Shown here: piece by piece, positions 1 to 8,895 of the stretch | How the letters are laid out: every line of letters starts with the position of its first letter | Numbering within the stretch: the stretch's first letter is position 1 | NCBI GenBank assembly: GCA_964599885.1 | Contig: CAZRHH010000011.1 | Location: 1,998 to 65,997 of the forward strand | Reading direction: 5' to 3' | Length of the DNA stretch: 64,000 bases | DNA from: an uncultured Dehalococcoidia bacterium | GTDB taxonomy: Bacteria; Chloroflexota; Dehalococcoidia; DSTF01; JACRBR01 | Made by a program: the position numbers and the translations under genes | The notes under the pieces: model-generated | What the model saw: only the letters and a program-made list of their open reading frames with translations | Databases searched by the model: none | Told to the model about the DNA's origin: nothing

Positions 1-1
1 C

Positions 2-436
2 ATCGGCCAGAGCTGCCAGGAGGCACTGCTGCGCTGGCGCGACCGGTTCCGCCCTCAATTCGAGGTTTTCGAGAACCCACACCTGTTCCTCAATTCGAAC
101 GGCGCTCCACTTACGGTCAACGCTCTCAAGCTGGTCCTCAATAGAGCCGGCGATCGCGCGGACATCTCCCGCGTGCATCTCCACCTGCTTCGCCACACTT
201 TCGCTACGAACTATCTCGTTAAGGAAGTCGGAGACTCGTTGCGACTACAACAGCTGCTGGGCCACACCAGCTTAGAGATGGTGCGTCAGTACGTCGCGCA
301 GGCGAACGTGCAACAGAGCCTTATCGAGCGAAGAGCATCGCCGATGGATCTCATCGCGCAACACCAGTCGAACACACGAACTGGAAGGAGGGTTCAGCCG
401 AGACAGCCCCGACGGAACCTCCGTCTCGTCAAGTAG
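2..436 (+). CDS. Tyrosine recombinase / phage-type integrase, C-terminal catalytic domain; the 5' end lies outside the window
   Basis: Frame 2 translates continuously from the window edge. The ORF 173..436 carries the HxLRHTFAT ... LGH ... Y catalytic signature (LLRHTFATNYL ... LLGHTSLEMVRQY). Confidence 0.85.
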   Translation: MGQSCQEALLRWRDRFRPQFEVFENPHLFLNSNGAPLTVNALKLVLNRAGDRADISRVHLHLLRHTFATNYLVKEVGDSLRLQQLLGHTSLEMVRQYVAQANVQQSLIERRASPMDLIAQHQSNTRTGRRVQPRQPRRNLRLVK

Positions 437-493
437 TCGCAGCCACTCCCGCCTCAGGACGGCGTGACCTCCCACACCAGCTCGCGGCTGCGA

Positions 494-1351
494 TCAGCGC
501 ACAAGCCGCGGCGCGAACTGAACCGCCAGTCCGGACATCGTCACCCAGAACGATAGGAGTGCCAATGGACTGCCTCGTAGGCCTCGAAGATAGTGATTCG
601 ACAGCCGCGTCATCCACGAACTTGGAGTGAATATAAGGAAGAATAAGAGCATGGCCATAATCGCTAGCGCTAGGGCTATCAGCCCGACACCCAAAACCGC
701 CAAGTCGAACACGATGACACCTGTTACCCAGATGGCAGCACCCACCCATTCGATTGGCCAGAGGATCGATCTTCGTAAAGTGAGCACGATGAGCCGGGAC
801 GGCGAAGGCCATGGAGCGTACAACGCAAGTGACTCGAACGCCGGAAGCTGAGCGAGGTTTCCGGATCTCGCTCGCCAGCGGAAGGTAGACAGTCGCCTCG
901 GAATCGTAGTACTCCCGACGATCAAAAGTGCGGCGATACCGATGAGAGTTGTCGTGATCACCGGAGGCCCGACGCCCCACCTCAAGCGCATGCCAATCAA
1001 GGACAACGTGACTAGCGTGAACGTGCCGTTGAGAGCCATGCCGAGATAGTCGATTCGGTACGAATCCGTGCTCTCAGCCTTAGCCTTGCGCGGCGCCTCG
1101 CGCTCTCGTCGACGTGACGCGCTTCGACGGGTATCACGCGCGGCTCTCCAAAAGGCTACCCATGGCGCGTAAAGCAATGGGCGCGAAAGTCGATCGCCGA
1201 TGCGTTTCTCAAACCTGACGACGGCGGGATGTTGACCGAATAGTGCTTCGACGATTGCGAGCGCAAGCGCTACTCCGTAAAGTGCCCATTCAACGAAAGA
1301 CAGTCCGAACATGTCCATTGCCTTCGATCTCGATCTACGAACGTCCATCAT
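494..1351 (-). CDS. Integral membrane protein, hypothetical
   Basis: 285-aa ORF with several long hydrophobic segments. No recognisable motif. Confidence 0.45.
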   Translation of the reverse strand: MMDVRRSRSKAMDMFGLSFVEWALYGVALALAIVEALFGQHPAVVRFEKRIGDRLSRPLLYAPWVAFWRAARDTRRSASRRREREAPRKAKAESTDSYRIDYLGMALNGTFTLVTLSLIGMRLRWGVGPPVITTTLIGIAALLIVGSTTIPRRLSTFRWRARSGNLAQLPAFESLALYAPWPSPSRLIVLTLRRSILWPIEWVGAAIWVTGVIVFDLAVLGVGLIALALAIMAMLLFFLIFTPSSWMTRLSNHYLRGLRGSPLALLSFWVTMSGLAVQFAPRLVR

Positions 1352-1943
1352 AGCCCTTGCGAGCGTGAGCGCCCCAGTCGCCCAGAGGTCCCCGACCGAC
1401 GGACTGCTTGATCTGCGTTTTCAGGCTAGGCGATTGCTCGACGACCTATGCGGCGCTCATGAGTCCGCGAGTCGCGCTGCACACGAAATACTGGAGTTCG
1501 TCGATCTAGGTTTAGGCAACGTGGATTGGACTTCGTTTCTTCGCGAGCGGGCGAGGTTGGTACGAGCGGGCGCGTGTAACATACCTGGTCTATCCGCCTC
1601 CGGCCTGGAGTTCACAAGTGCCGTTCGAACGGCACTATTGATTCGCCCCTCCTTGCTGCGAACCGAGCTTCCGGCGCGACAAGTGCGACCATCTGGAGTG
1701 TTCTTGTCGCTGATCGTGATCGACATCCTCATGGAGTACGACCGCGGCTGGCGTAGCTTCGATGCCTCAGACGCGATCCGTCGAACAACGCTGGTGAGGC
1801 TGCTTCGGGCTCACGCGCTAACTCCAATCGTCGGTAACCTGGCGGGCAGAGCGTTCAATGCCGCCCGCTTTCAGTGGTGGAGCGAACCAAGCACTCGCTT
1901 TTCGGGCGAGATAACCCTGCTTGCAGGGTTGCTGTGCCCGTAA
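1311..1943 (+). CDS. Hypothetical protein
   Basis: 210-aa ORF with no recognisable domain. Its start overlaps the previous gene. Confidence 0.3.
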   Translation: MSIAFDLDLRTSIIALASVSAPVAQRSPTDGLLDLRFQARRLLDDLCGAHESASRAAHEILEFVDLGLGNVDWTSFLRERARLVRAGACNIPGLSASGLEFTSAVRTALLIRPSLLRTELPARQVRPSGVFLSLIVIDILMEYDRGWRSFDASDAIRRTTLVRLLRAHALTPIVGNLAGRAFNAARFQWWSEPSTRFSGEITLLAGLLCP

Positions 1944-2076
1944 CAACACGAGCGGACGCCTGGGTTGTGCGATCCGCGTTGCCCGCACATACGCCAGCTC
2001 GACTCAAGAGTTCGTGACCAACCGAAATTAGCGGAACCGGAGAAGAAGGGCGGGTTCAGTCAGCCTTCCCTAAGCT

Positions 2077-2373
2077 CTATCGGAGACTTTGGGGAAGAAC
2101 TAGCTGGCGGTAGTCCGCCGCAAGCAGCACCTCTTCGACGTCGGGAACGTTCAGTTCCATACCGAAGCCGGCGAGCAGAATAATTGCATCGCGGCTCGGT
2201 CGATCCCGTTGGCCGGAGAAGAGACGCGAGACGTAGCTCTCATCGAGCCAGGCGTCGCGCGCGATCTGCGCTTGGGACTTGGTCAGTTGTTCGCGAAACG
2301 TTTGCAGCGTCACGGTGAGAGGGCTGTCCTCGCGCCGCCGCTCGTCACGCCACTGAAGAGCTCTATTGGTCAT
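2077..2373 (-). CDS. XRE-family helix-turn-helix transcriptional regulator
   Basis: HTH-like stretch QAQIARDAWLDESYVSRLFSGQRDRPS. Confidence 0.55.
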   Translation of the reverse strand: MTNRALQWRDERRREDSPLTVTLQTFREQLTKSQAQIARDAWLDESYVSRLFSGQRDRPSRDAIILLAGFGMELNVPDVEEVLLAADYRQLVLPQSLR

Positions 2374-2618
2374 TGGTGGTCACCTCCAGACATACAAACA
2401 GCGTGAAGGCTGACCTGACCGAGCTATCCGCTACACCCGCCCTCCTTTCAATCCCCAGCGTTGATCGACTCGGGCTTTCCAGTCAATGCCGGCGGGTCAA
2501 GGACAATGTGCCGAACAGCACTCTAGGCTGACAGCTGCTAGTAGGAACTGGCGGTCGGGTGAGGAGACGCGAAGCACTTATCACAGGGCGTCTCCACCAG
2601 AGAGGTGGTGAAACAAGC

Positions 2619-2789
2619 ATGGATCTCCCCATCCAACCGGACATCAACGCGGTGAGTAAGTTCGACGAGCTTGAGTGGGACAAGCAGGAACTCGACCTCA
2701 TGCTCGACAGCCTGGAGCAAGAAGCGTTCCAGTTGCAGAGAACGGCCGAACTCGTCGTGAAGTTCGCCAAGCGAGTCGCACAACGCTAA
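2619..2789 (+). CDS. Small hypothetical acidic protein
   Basis: ATG at 2619 with GAGAGGTGG 8 nt upstream. 56-aa charged product. Confidence 0.3.
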   Translation: MDLPIQPDINAVSKFDELEWDKQELDLMLDSLEQEAFQLQRTAELVVKFAKRVAQR

Positions 2790-3046
2790 GCTCGTGCCCC
2801 TTCTCCGATCGTCACTCCTCTAGCTGCCCCATCACGGTGACGTAGTTCGACCTACAACTACCGTCTTGACACCGAATGAATACCGAATGAGACAATCGGC
2901 ACTTCCATAGGGTCGGCTCTGTATTCGTCTCGCGAAAAGACGGTATTGGCCTAGCACTTGCTTTCGCTATGCCGGCGCCCATCCGCGCCTGGAGCAAGCC
3001 AGCCGCCGGGATGCGCTTACGGCCGACCCAGAAATGGAGTCAGCCT

Positions 3047-3304
3047 ATGGACAGAACCGCTACCTATCTCATCATCATCGCCCGTACGCCAAGCGGCTAC
3101 GCCGCTTACGCTCCCGCGGTTCCTTCGCTCTTCGCCCAAGCCTCAACCGCCCGCGTCGCCTACGCGCGGCTCAAACCACTACTCAAAGCTCACATCAGTT
3201 CGCTCATCGCCAACGACAAACCGATCCCGCGCGATCCGGTCTTTCAGACACGGACGATTCGCCTCGACCTCTGGCACCTTAGGGAGCAGGAGGAACTGCG
3301 ATGA
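3047..3304 (+). CDS. HicB-like (UPF0150) antitoxin-fold protein, solitary
   Basis: GGAG sits 7 nt before ATG 3047. The sequence TATYLIIIARTPSGYAAYAPAVPSLFAQASTARVAYARLKPLLKAHI resembles the HicB N-terminal fold. No HicA partner is seen. Confidence 0.45.
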   Translation: MDRTATYLIIIARTPSGYAAYAPAVPSLFAQASTARVAYARLKPLLKAHISSLIANDKPIPRDPVFQTRTIRLDLWHLREQEELR

Positions 3305-3815
3305 AACCAAGGCTAGGAACTCAGGCTTGTAAGGTTGGCTTTCACAAGCCAAGAGTGCGGCCTCGCTATCGGTCGGATTCGTGCTGCCAGCACGAACAAG
3401 GGGGAACTCTGGTCTCCTCAACGAGGGAATCTGCAAGGGCCAGCTTGCAATCATCCCCCGGTCGTCGACCAGCTGTTGTCGGGCTCGCGGTACCTCCCTA
3501 CGGGCTACCCTCCACGGACCCGACCACCCGTCCTTCCGCCGCTGTGACACGTTGCGTCACACCGGTTCCCTCCGCTGCTTGTGCAGCGTCGGCGGCCGCG
3601 GCTGTCTCGACCGTGCCGTTGGCACCGTCTCCCCATCTCGCTAAGCACGGGTGGTCGGCTCACGCCGACAACAGTGCGCGCTTCGGGAATTCCCCCTTGA
3701 ACCCCCTTCCCTTGCGCTCGGACCGGCCTCTCTGGAGGCCTGCTTCCTTGCGGACCGAGGACGTAGTACCCGTCACCACCTTTCTGCCGTTGCAGAGCTT
3801 GTCAGCGTCTCCGGG

Positions 3816-4733
3816 ATGGTTGCTATGACAACCGAGACGTCCACCGTCCGCAGGCAGAACCGACTACCGCGATACCGCCGCGCTGCGCTACGGCCGCCAA
3901 TGCGGCTGACTGAACGGGACGAGCGAATCATCAACTGGATCTATGAGCTGCGCTTCGCGACGCAAGAGCAGATCCAGCAATTGCTGTTCTCACCGACGAC
4001 GGCATCGTCTTCCAAGCGTCGGCTCACGCTGCTCTACCACAACGGTTACCTTGACCGGCGGCTGATACCGCTGCGCTCGCGCTTCGGTGCCAACCGCGCC
4101 GTCTATTGCCTCGACAAGCGCGGTGCTCAGCTTCTTACGTTTGACGAGAAGACGAGTGGTGAGGCGCTCGCATGGCGAGCGCTTGACAACGATCGCGAGC
4201 TTTACTTTCTCGAACACACATTAGCTTCCAACCAAGTTCGCATCTGTGCTACATTAGCCGCTCGCCAACACGGCTTCGACCTCGTCTGGACAGACGAACG
4301 GGCTCTCAGGAGCCGCGCCATGCGGGACTTCGTCACCGACCCAAAACATCCCGACCGCCGACTCGCGGTCATCCCCGACGGCTACTTTCAACTCGCCTCG
4401 AATGATCGGCCGCTCGGCTTCGCGCTGGAACTCGACCGAGGCACGGTCGAGGAGAAACCCTTCAAGGCCAAGGTGCGCGCCCTCGGCGAATGGAAAGTTA
4501 CCGGCGCCTATCGCCGGCGCTTCGTCACTGACAGTCTGCGCGTGCTGTTCGTCGTCACGCCCACCACCCGTGATCCACGCCGGCTCGACCGCGTAAAGGT
4601 CTGGACAGAAGCCGAGCGCGGCCAGAGCTTGTTTTGGTTTGCGTCGCTGGCTGATCTTCAGCCCGACACCATTTTCGACAAACCTGTCTGGCGAGTCGCC
4701 GGGCGGGAGGGGAAGTACGCGCTGTTCGACTAG
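3816..4733 (+). CDS. Replication-relaxation family protein (Replic_Relax, wHTH)
   Basis: LTERDERIINWIYELRFATQEQIQQLLF ... LTLLYHNGYLDRR matches the replication-relaxation family of Gram-positive/actinobacterial plasmids and ICEs. Start chosen at the in-frame ATG 3816. The upstream part of the longer ORF does not look coding. Confidence 0.6.
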   Translation: MVAMTTETSTVRRQNRLPRYRRAALRPPMRLTERDERIINWIYELRFATQEQIQQLLFSPTTASSSKRRLTLLYHNGYLDRRLIPLRSRFGANRAVYCLDKRGAQLLTFDEKTSGEALAWRALDNDRELYFLEHTLASNQVRICATLAARQHGFDLVWTDERALRSRAMRDFVTDPKHPDRRLAVIPDGYFQLASNDRPLGFALELDRGTVEEKPFKAKVRALGEWKVTGAYRRRFVTDSLRVLFVVTPTTRDPRRLDRVKVWTEAERGQSLFWFASLADLQPDTIFDKPVWRVAGREGKYALFD

Positions 4734-4747
4734 AGGAGGTGGAGTAG

Positions 4748-5611
4748 ATGATCTGGCGACGCACCGCAGGCAACCACACAGCCGCTATCGGTAGTTTCGC
4801 GCGGCAATGGCTGGGCGGCTCAATGCTCGACCGCCTCATACCCGTCACGATCGTCGGCTGGGTTTGGAGCGTTGTCTGGGGTTTGATTGGAATCATGTCG
4901 CAAGAAGGCGGCATCTTCCTTCTCTGTTTACTCATCAGCACGGTGCCCTGGATCCTCTGGTTGCTCGACGCTCGTCTGGACGCGCAACAGGTCGAGACGG
5001 ACATTGCCGCTTTCGCTCACGGCGGGGCGATACTCGCGACGCGCTGCGAATACCTGGGTGGGCATCCGCAACTGCCACACGGGCGCTTCGCTTACCTGCT
5101 GCTTGAGGGTACGCAGCAGAACCCCAACCTCGCCCTCGTCTTCCCCACCGGCGCTTTGGCCAACGGTTCAATACCGTTTGGTGGTTCGGAGCGTTTCAAC
5201 TTGCCAATCCTCGACCTCAAGAAAACCAAACCCGAGAAGGGCTCAGACGAATCACCGGCAGCCGACATTGCCGCCGCGATTCACAAGGACGCCGGCCGGA
5301 TCCTGCGGCCCGAACGCCTGACTTTGGTCGTCGATTTTGACGGCTCCGGTGGCCGCACGCACAAGGTTGAGTTGACCAACTTCTTCCGCGGTAACAACGA
5401 GATCCGCAACTGGCGAAACTACCTAGTCTGCGCGCAGGCGCAGGCCGATACCGGCGTCACACCCCACGAGCCGTGGGTGAGTCTGAAGGCGGAACCAAGG
5501 GCGGAACCCGACGCCGAGACTTCCGAAAACACCACTGAGGAGCCGAGCCATGCGTTCTCTCGGAACGGACACGCGCACGAAGAACCCAGTAGCGCTTTCA
5601 GCCGAAGGTAG
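4748..5611 (+). CDS. Membrane protein with two N-terminal TM helices and an acidic disordered tail
   Basis: TM1 is LIPVTIVGWVWSVVWGLIGIM. TM2 is IFLLCLLISTVPWILWLL. The C-terminal third is low-complexity E/P/A-rich. Overlaps the next gene. Confidence 0.4.
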   Translation: MIWRRTAGNHTAAIGSFARQWLGGSMLDRLIPVTIVGWVWSVVWGLIGIMSQEGGIFLLCLLISTVPWILWLLDARLDAQQVETDIAAFAHGGAILATRCEYLGGHPQLPHGRFAYLLLEGTQQNPNLALVFPTGALANGSIPFGGSERFNLPILDLKKTKPEKGSDESPAADIAAAIHKDAGRILRPERLTLVVDFDGSGGRTHKVELTNFFRGNNEIRNWRNYLVCAQAQADTGVTPHEPWVSLKAEPRAEPDAETSENTTEEPSHAFSRNGHAHEEPSSAFSRR

Positions 5612-7010
5612 GCGCCAGGGCACCTACATCCTCGGAATTAACGGCACCGGCAAGTCGAACCTCATCCTCGACATTGCCTTGCAGGACATCGCCGCCGGCG
5701 ATGGTCTCTGCCTTATGGATCCCCATGGCGACTTGATCGAGGCGGTGTTGGAGCGTGTTCCGGCGCATCGCGTGGACGACGTGATTCTTTTTGATCCGTC
5801 GGACACCGACTTTCCGTTCGGCCTGAACATGTTCGAGTGCAGCGACACCTCGAACGCTCGTGTCGTTGACCGCGTCTGTTCCGAGGTGGTGCTCACGTTC
5901 AAGAAGTTGTTTGTGGACTTCTGGGGTCCGCGCATGGAGGACTTGATCCGCCACGCCGTGTTGACCCTGATGGCGACGCCCGAGTGCACGATGCTCGACA
6001 TGTTGCCTCTGCTCACGGACGCACGAGCGCGCGAGCGTTACGTCTCGCGCACCGAGGACGCAGTGCTGCGGCACTATTGGGAGCAGGGCTTCCCGGACAA
6101 CAAGCGCACGCAGAGTGAATGGGTGAGTTCGACACTCAACAAGATCGGCCGGTTCCTCACGAACCCGGTCATTCGCAACATCGTCGCGCAACCCAAGAGC
6201 AGTTTCGATCTGCGCGAGGTCATGGACAACGGCAAGGTGCTACTCGTCAATCTCTCCAAAGGCAAACTTGGGGAGGATAACGCTGCGCTGCTCGGGTCGG
6301 TGCTGGTAGGGAAGATTCTCATCGCCGCGCTTTCGCGCGCCGAAATGCGCTTCGAGGAGCGGCGACCGTTCCACCTGATCGTGGATGAGTATCACAGCTT
6401 CGCGACCGAGAGCTTTCCGACGCTCCAAGCTGAAGTGCGCAAGTTTGCCATCGACACCATCGTCGCGCACCAGTACCGCGACCAACTCGACCAGCTGAAT
6501 CGAGGTTCGACCCTTAGCGTCGGTAACTTCATCATCTTCCGCATCACCGGCAAGGATGCCGGCGAGATCGCGATGCAGTTCGACAACACACCACCAGAAG
6601 GCGAGCCAAAGCTCGCCAGCGTTCCCTATCGAACCGGGCGAGACGGCGTGTATCGCACGGCGGGCGACCAAGTGGTCGCCGCCAGTTCACGCCGCAACTA
6701 CAGCGACGTGCAGAATGAGACGGCCAACTATCTCACCAACACACCGAACTACCAGGCGTACTGCAAGTTCATCGAGAACGGGCGACTAGCGGAGCACCGC
6801 GTTGCGACGCGCCTCATCGATGTCCAGTCTGATCCCTCGATTGCTGAACGCATCCGCGAGAATTCGCGACGGCTGGCGACGCCCCGCGCTGAGGTGGAAG
6901 CTCGCGTCGCCGCGCTCTGGAGCGACGCGCATGAACGAGATGCCTACGAGGACGGCAACGGCACGAAACCGCACGCACGGCCCGCAACAAACGGGCGAGG
7001 ACGGACGTAG
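5550..7010 (+). CDS. Type IV secretion coupling-protein-like ATPase (TraD/TraG/VirD4-like P-loop NTPase)
   Basis: Walker A is YILGINGTGKSNLI and Walker B-like is HLIVDEYHSF. The size and its position beside Replic_Relax fit a conjugative DNA-transfer ATPase. No TM helices in this ORF. Confidence 0.6.
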   Translation: MRSLGTDTRTKNPVALSAEGRRQGTYILGINGTGKSNLILDIALQDIAAGDGLCLMDPHGDLIEAVLERVPAHRVDDVILFDPSDTDFPFGLNMFECSDTSNARVVDRVCSEVVLTFKKLFVDFWGPRMEDLIRHAVLTLMATPECTMLDMLPLLTDARARERYVSRTEDAVLRHYWEQGFPDNKRTQSEWVSSTLNKIGRFLTNPVIRNIVAQPKSSFDLREVMDNGKVLLVNLSKGKLGEDNAALLGSVLVGKILIAALSRAEMRFEERRPFHLIVDEYHSFATESFPTLQAEVRKFAIDTIVAHQYRDQLDQLNRGSTLSVGNFIIFRITGKDAGEIAMQFDNTPPEGEPKLASVPYRTGRDGVYRTAGDQVVAASSRRNYSDVQNETANYLTNTPNYQAYCKFIENGRLAEHRVATRLIDVQSDPSIAERIRENSRRLATPRAEVEARVAALWSDAHERDAYEDGNGTKPHARPATNGRGRT

Positions 7011-7441
7011 GATCTCGCCCTCTTCTTCTTTTCGCTCGCCGCTAGGCAGGTTCGTTCAAGGGTCTGGCGCTGCGCACCGATGCCCTCGAACGAAGTTCGT
7101 CGAGTTTGGTTGTCAGCCCCGCACGTCAAGGGGCATCCGTGAAGTCGCTGCTCGATTTCACAGAGACTTCCCCTGCGACGTGCTACGAGCAGTTGTGGTA
7201 ACACCGAGTCAGCTTCATAGAAGCAGAATCTCACAACACCCTATAGCACCACATCCCTTGCGAACCTAACACACCGACCTATAGTCGCGGGGAAGCCCAA
7301 AATAGCCTCGCGCGCGCGCAACGCAAAGATCCTATAAGCGGCACGGCTGGCAGCCGGCGAGACCGCAATTTGTGCCTGGATCGGCGCTTGGCAACTGAGA
7401 AGGTATACCAGCGACTATGGGCCATCGAGTTGAAGTCTTTG

Positions 7442-7471
7442 TTGACTAGAACGCGCGTTCTGGACTAGGAT
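7442..7471 (+). promoter_or_regulatory. Candidate sigma70-like promoter with a 14-bp perfect palindrome (AGAACGCGCGTTCT) in the spacer, upstream of the methyltransferase operon
   Basis: TTGACT at 7442..7447 is followed by the palindrome at 7448..7461 and TAGGAT about 18 nt downstream. It lies in the 500-bp intergenic gap before the MTase gene. Confidence 0.35.
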
Positions 7472-7521
7472 AACTTGGGGGATGGTAACCGCGTCCGTTG
7501 GGCGCAGGTTACAAATGCTGG

Positions 7522-8895
7522 ATGCAAAAACAACTTCGCTTCATTGATTTGTTTGCTGGACTAGGTGGTTTCCACCTAGCCCTAAAGAATCTTGGACACG
7601 AGTGCGTCTTCGCGTGCGAACTCGATCCCGAACTGAGGGACCTATACGAGAAGAACTTCGGTATGAAAGCAGCTGGCGACATCACTCAGATTAGGACACG
7701 CGAAGTCCCAAGACATGACATTCTCTGCGCCGGCTTTCCCTGCCAACCATTCTCGAAGGCCGGAGCTCAAGGTGGGTTAGACGATCCTAAGTGGGGCGGA
7801 CTCTTTCACCATATCCTGCGGATCGTAAAACATCACAAGCCGCGCTACATCATTCTTGAAAACGTTCCCAATTTCTCCCGGCACGATGAGGGGCGCACTT
7901 GGCTCAAGGCCAAGGACCTCTTGCGACAGGCTGGGTATGACGTTGACAGCAATGAATACTCGCCTCATCACTTTGGTATCCCGCAGATCCGCGACCGCAT
8001 CTACATCGTCGCCGAACGCCAGGCACTCAACTCGTTTGCATGGCCCATTGTCGACCAACCGTCGTCACACGCTCTATCGATTCAAGCCATTCTTGAAGAC
8101 AAGCCGGTTGACGCGCGGCCGATCCCTCCGCAAGTGCAGCAGTGCCTGAATGTATGGCAGGAATTCCTGGACCAGTTCCCAAAAGATCAGCAACTACCAT
8201 CGTTCCCGATTTGGTCGATGGAGTTCGGCGCGACCTATCCGTACGAAACGCGGACTCCCTTCGCGACGCCCGTCCGCGACCTGGCCAAGATGCGCGGGTC
8301 TCATGGAACTGCTCTGAAAGGACACACGCGCCGCGAAGCACTACTCGCGTTCCTCCCCTCCCACGCGAGGGTCCATTCGCGCCGCTTCCCTGAATGGAAG
8401 GTGCAATTCATTCGCGCGAATCGGGAACTCTACGCACGCAACAAAGCCTGGATCGACAAGTGGAAGCCTAAGATCATGGTCTTCCCCTCGAGCTTCCAGA
8501 AGTTTGAGTGGAACTGCCAGGGGTCTGAACGCGACCTCACCAAGTTGATCATCCAGATCAGGGCCTCCGGGGTTCGCGTTAAGCGCCCCACGACAGCGCC
8601 GTCGCTCGTTGCAATGACCGCGACACAAGTGCCGATAATCGGCTGGGAGTCCCGGTACATCACCCCCAGCGAGTGTCAGAAGCTACAAAGCATGGACTCG
8701 TTGCAGCACCTTCCCGCTTCCCCAACACGGGCGTATCAAGCGCTCGGCAACGCAATCAACGTTCGAGTCGCCGAACGCGTTCTGGGCGCGTTGGTAGGTT
8801 CTACGAATGGAGGTCGCGCGCCGAATCCCACGCGTACGCCTGTCACTACCCCGGTGGCATCATTTCCCGCCCATCGAGGTAAAGGCCATGGGTGA
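7522..8895 (+). CDS. dcm: DNA (cytosine-5)-methyltransferase
   Basis: C5-MTase motifs are present in order: motif I FAGLGG, motif IV PCQPFS, motif VI ENV, QIRDR, and motif X LGNAINV. An alternative TTG start lies at 7498. Confidence 0.8.
   Translation: MQKQLRFIDLFAGLGGFHLALKNLGHECVFACELDPELRDLYEKNFGMKAAGDITQIRTREVPRHDILCAGFPCQPFSKAGAQGGLDDPKWGGLFHHILRIVKHHKPRYIILENVPNFSRHDEGRTWLKAKDLLRQAGYDVDSNEYSPHHFGIPQIRDRIYIVAERQALNSFAWPIVDQPSSHALSIQAILEDKPVDARPIPPQVQQCLNVWQEFLDQFPKDQQLPSFPIWSMEFGATYPYETRTPFATPVRDLAKMRGSHGTALKGHTRREALLAFLPSHARVHSRRFPEWKVQFIRANRELYARNKAWIDKWKPKIMVFPSSFQKFEWNCQGSERDLTKLIIQIRASGVRVKRPTTAPSLVAMTATQVPIIGWESRYITPSECQKLQSMDSLQHLPASPTRAYQALGNAINVRVAERVLGALVGSTNGGRAPNPTRTPVTTPVASFPAHRGKGHG

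Noticed and set aside
429-980. Long antisense/alternative-frame ORFs throughout the window. Examples: 429..980(-), 5598..6191(-), 14624..15292(-), 21696..22370(-), 35872..36792(-), 49145..50152(-), 51526..52794(-), 59153..60565(-), 63221..63970(-)
   Set aside because: High GC content suppresses stop codons in non-coding frames. These ORFs overlap better-supported genes on the other strand or frame and give Arg/Ala/Pro-rich low-complexity translations without motifs.
2969-3304. HicA toxin partner for the HicB-like gene
   Set aside because: No small HicA-like ORF (KxxExxGW ... H motif) was found on either side. The HicB-like assignment is therefore kept at modest confidence.
3301-3828. 175-aa ORF (MKPRLGTQACKVGFHKPRVRPRYRSD ...) upstream of the replication-relaxation gene
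   Set aside because: The composition is Pro/Ser/Ala/Arg-rich and non-protein-like. There is no RBS. Part of it overlaps the likely real start region of the next gene. I treat it as a non-coding or structured region.
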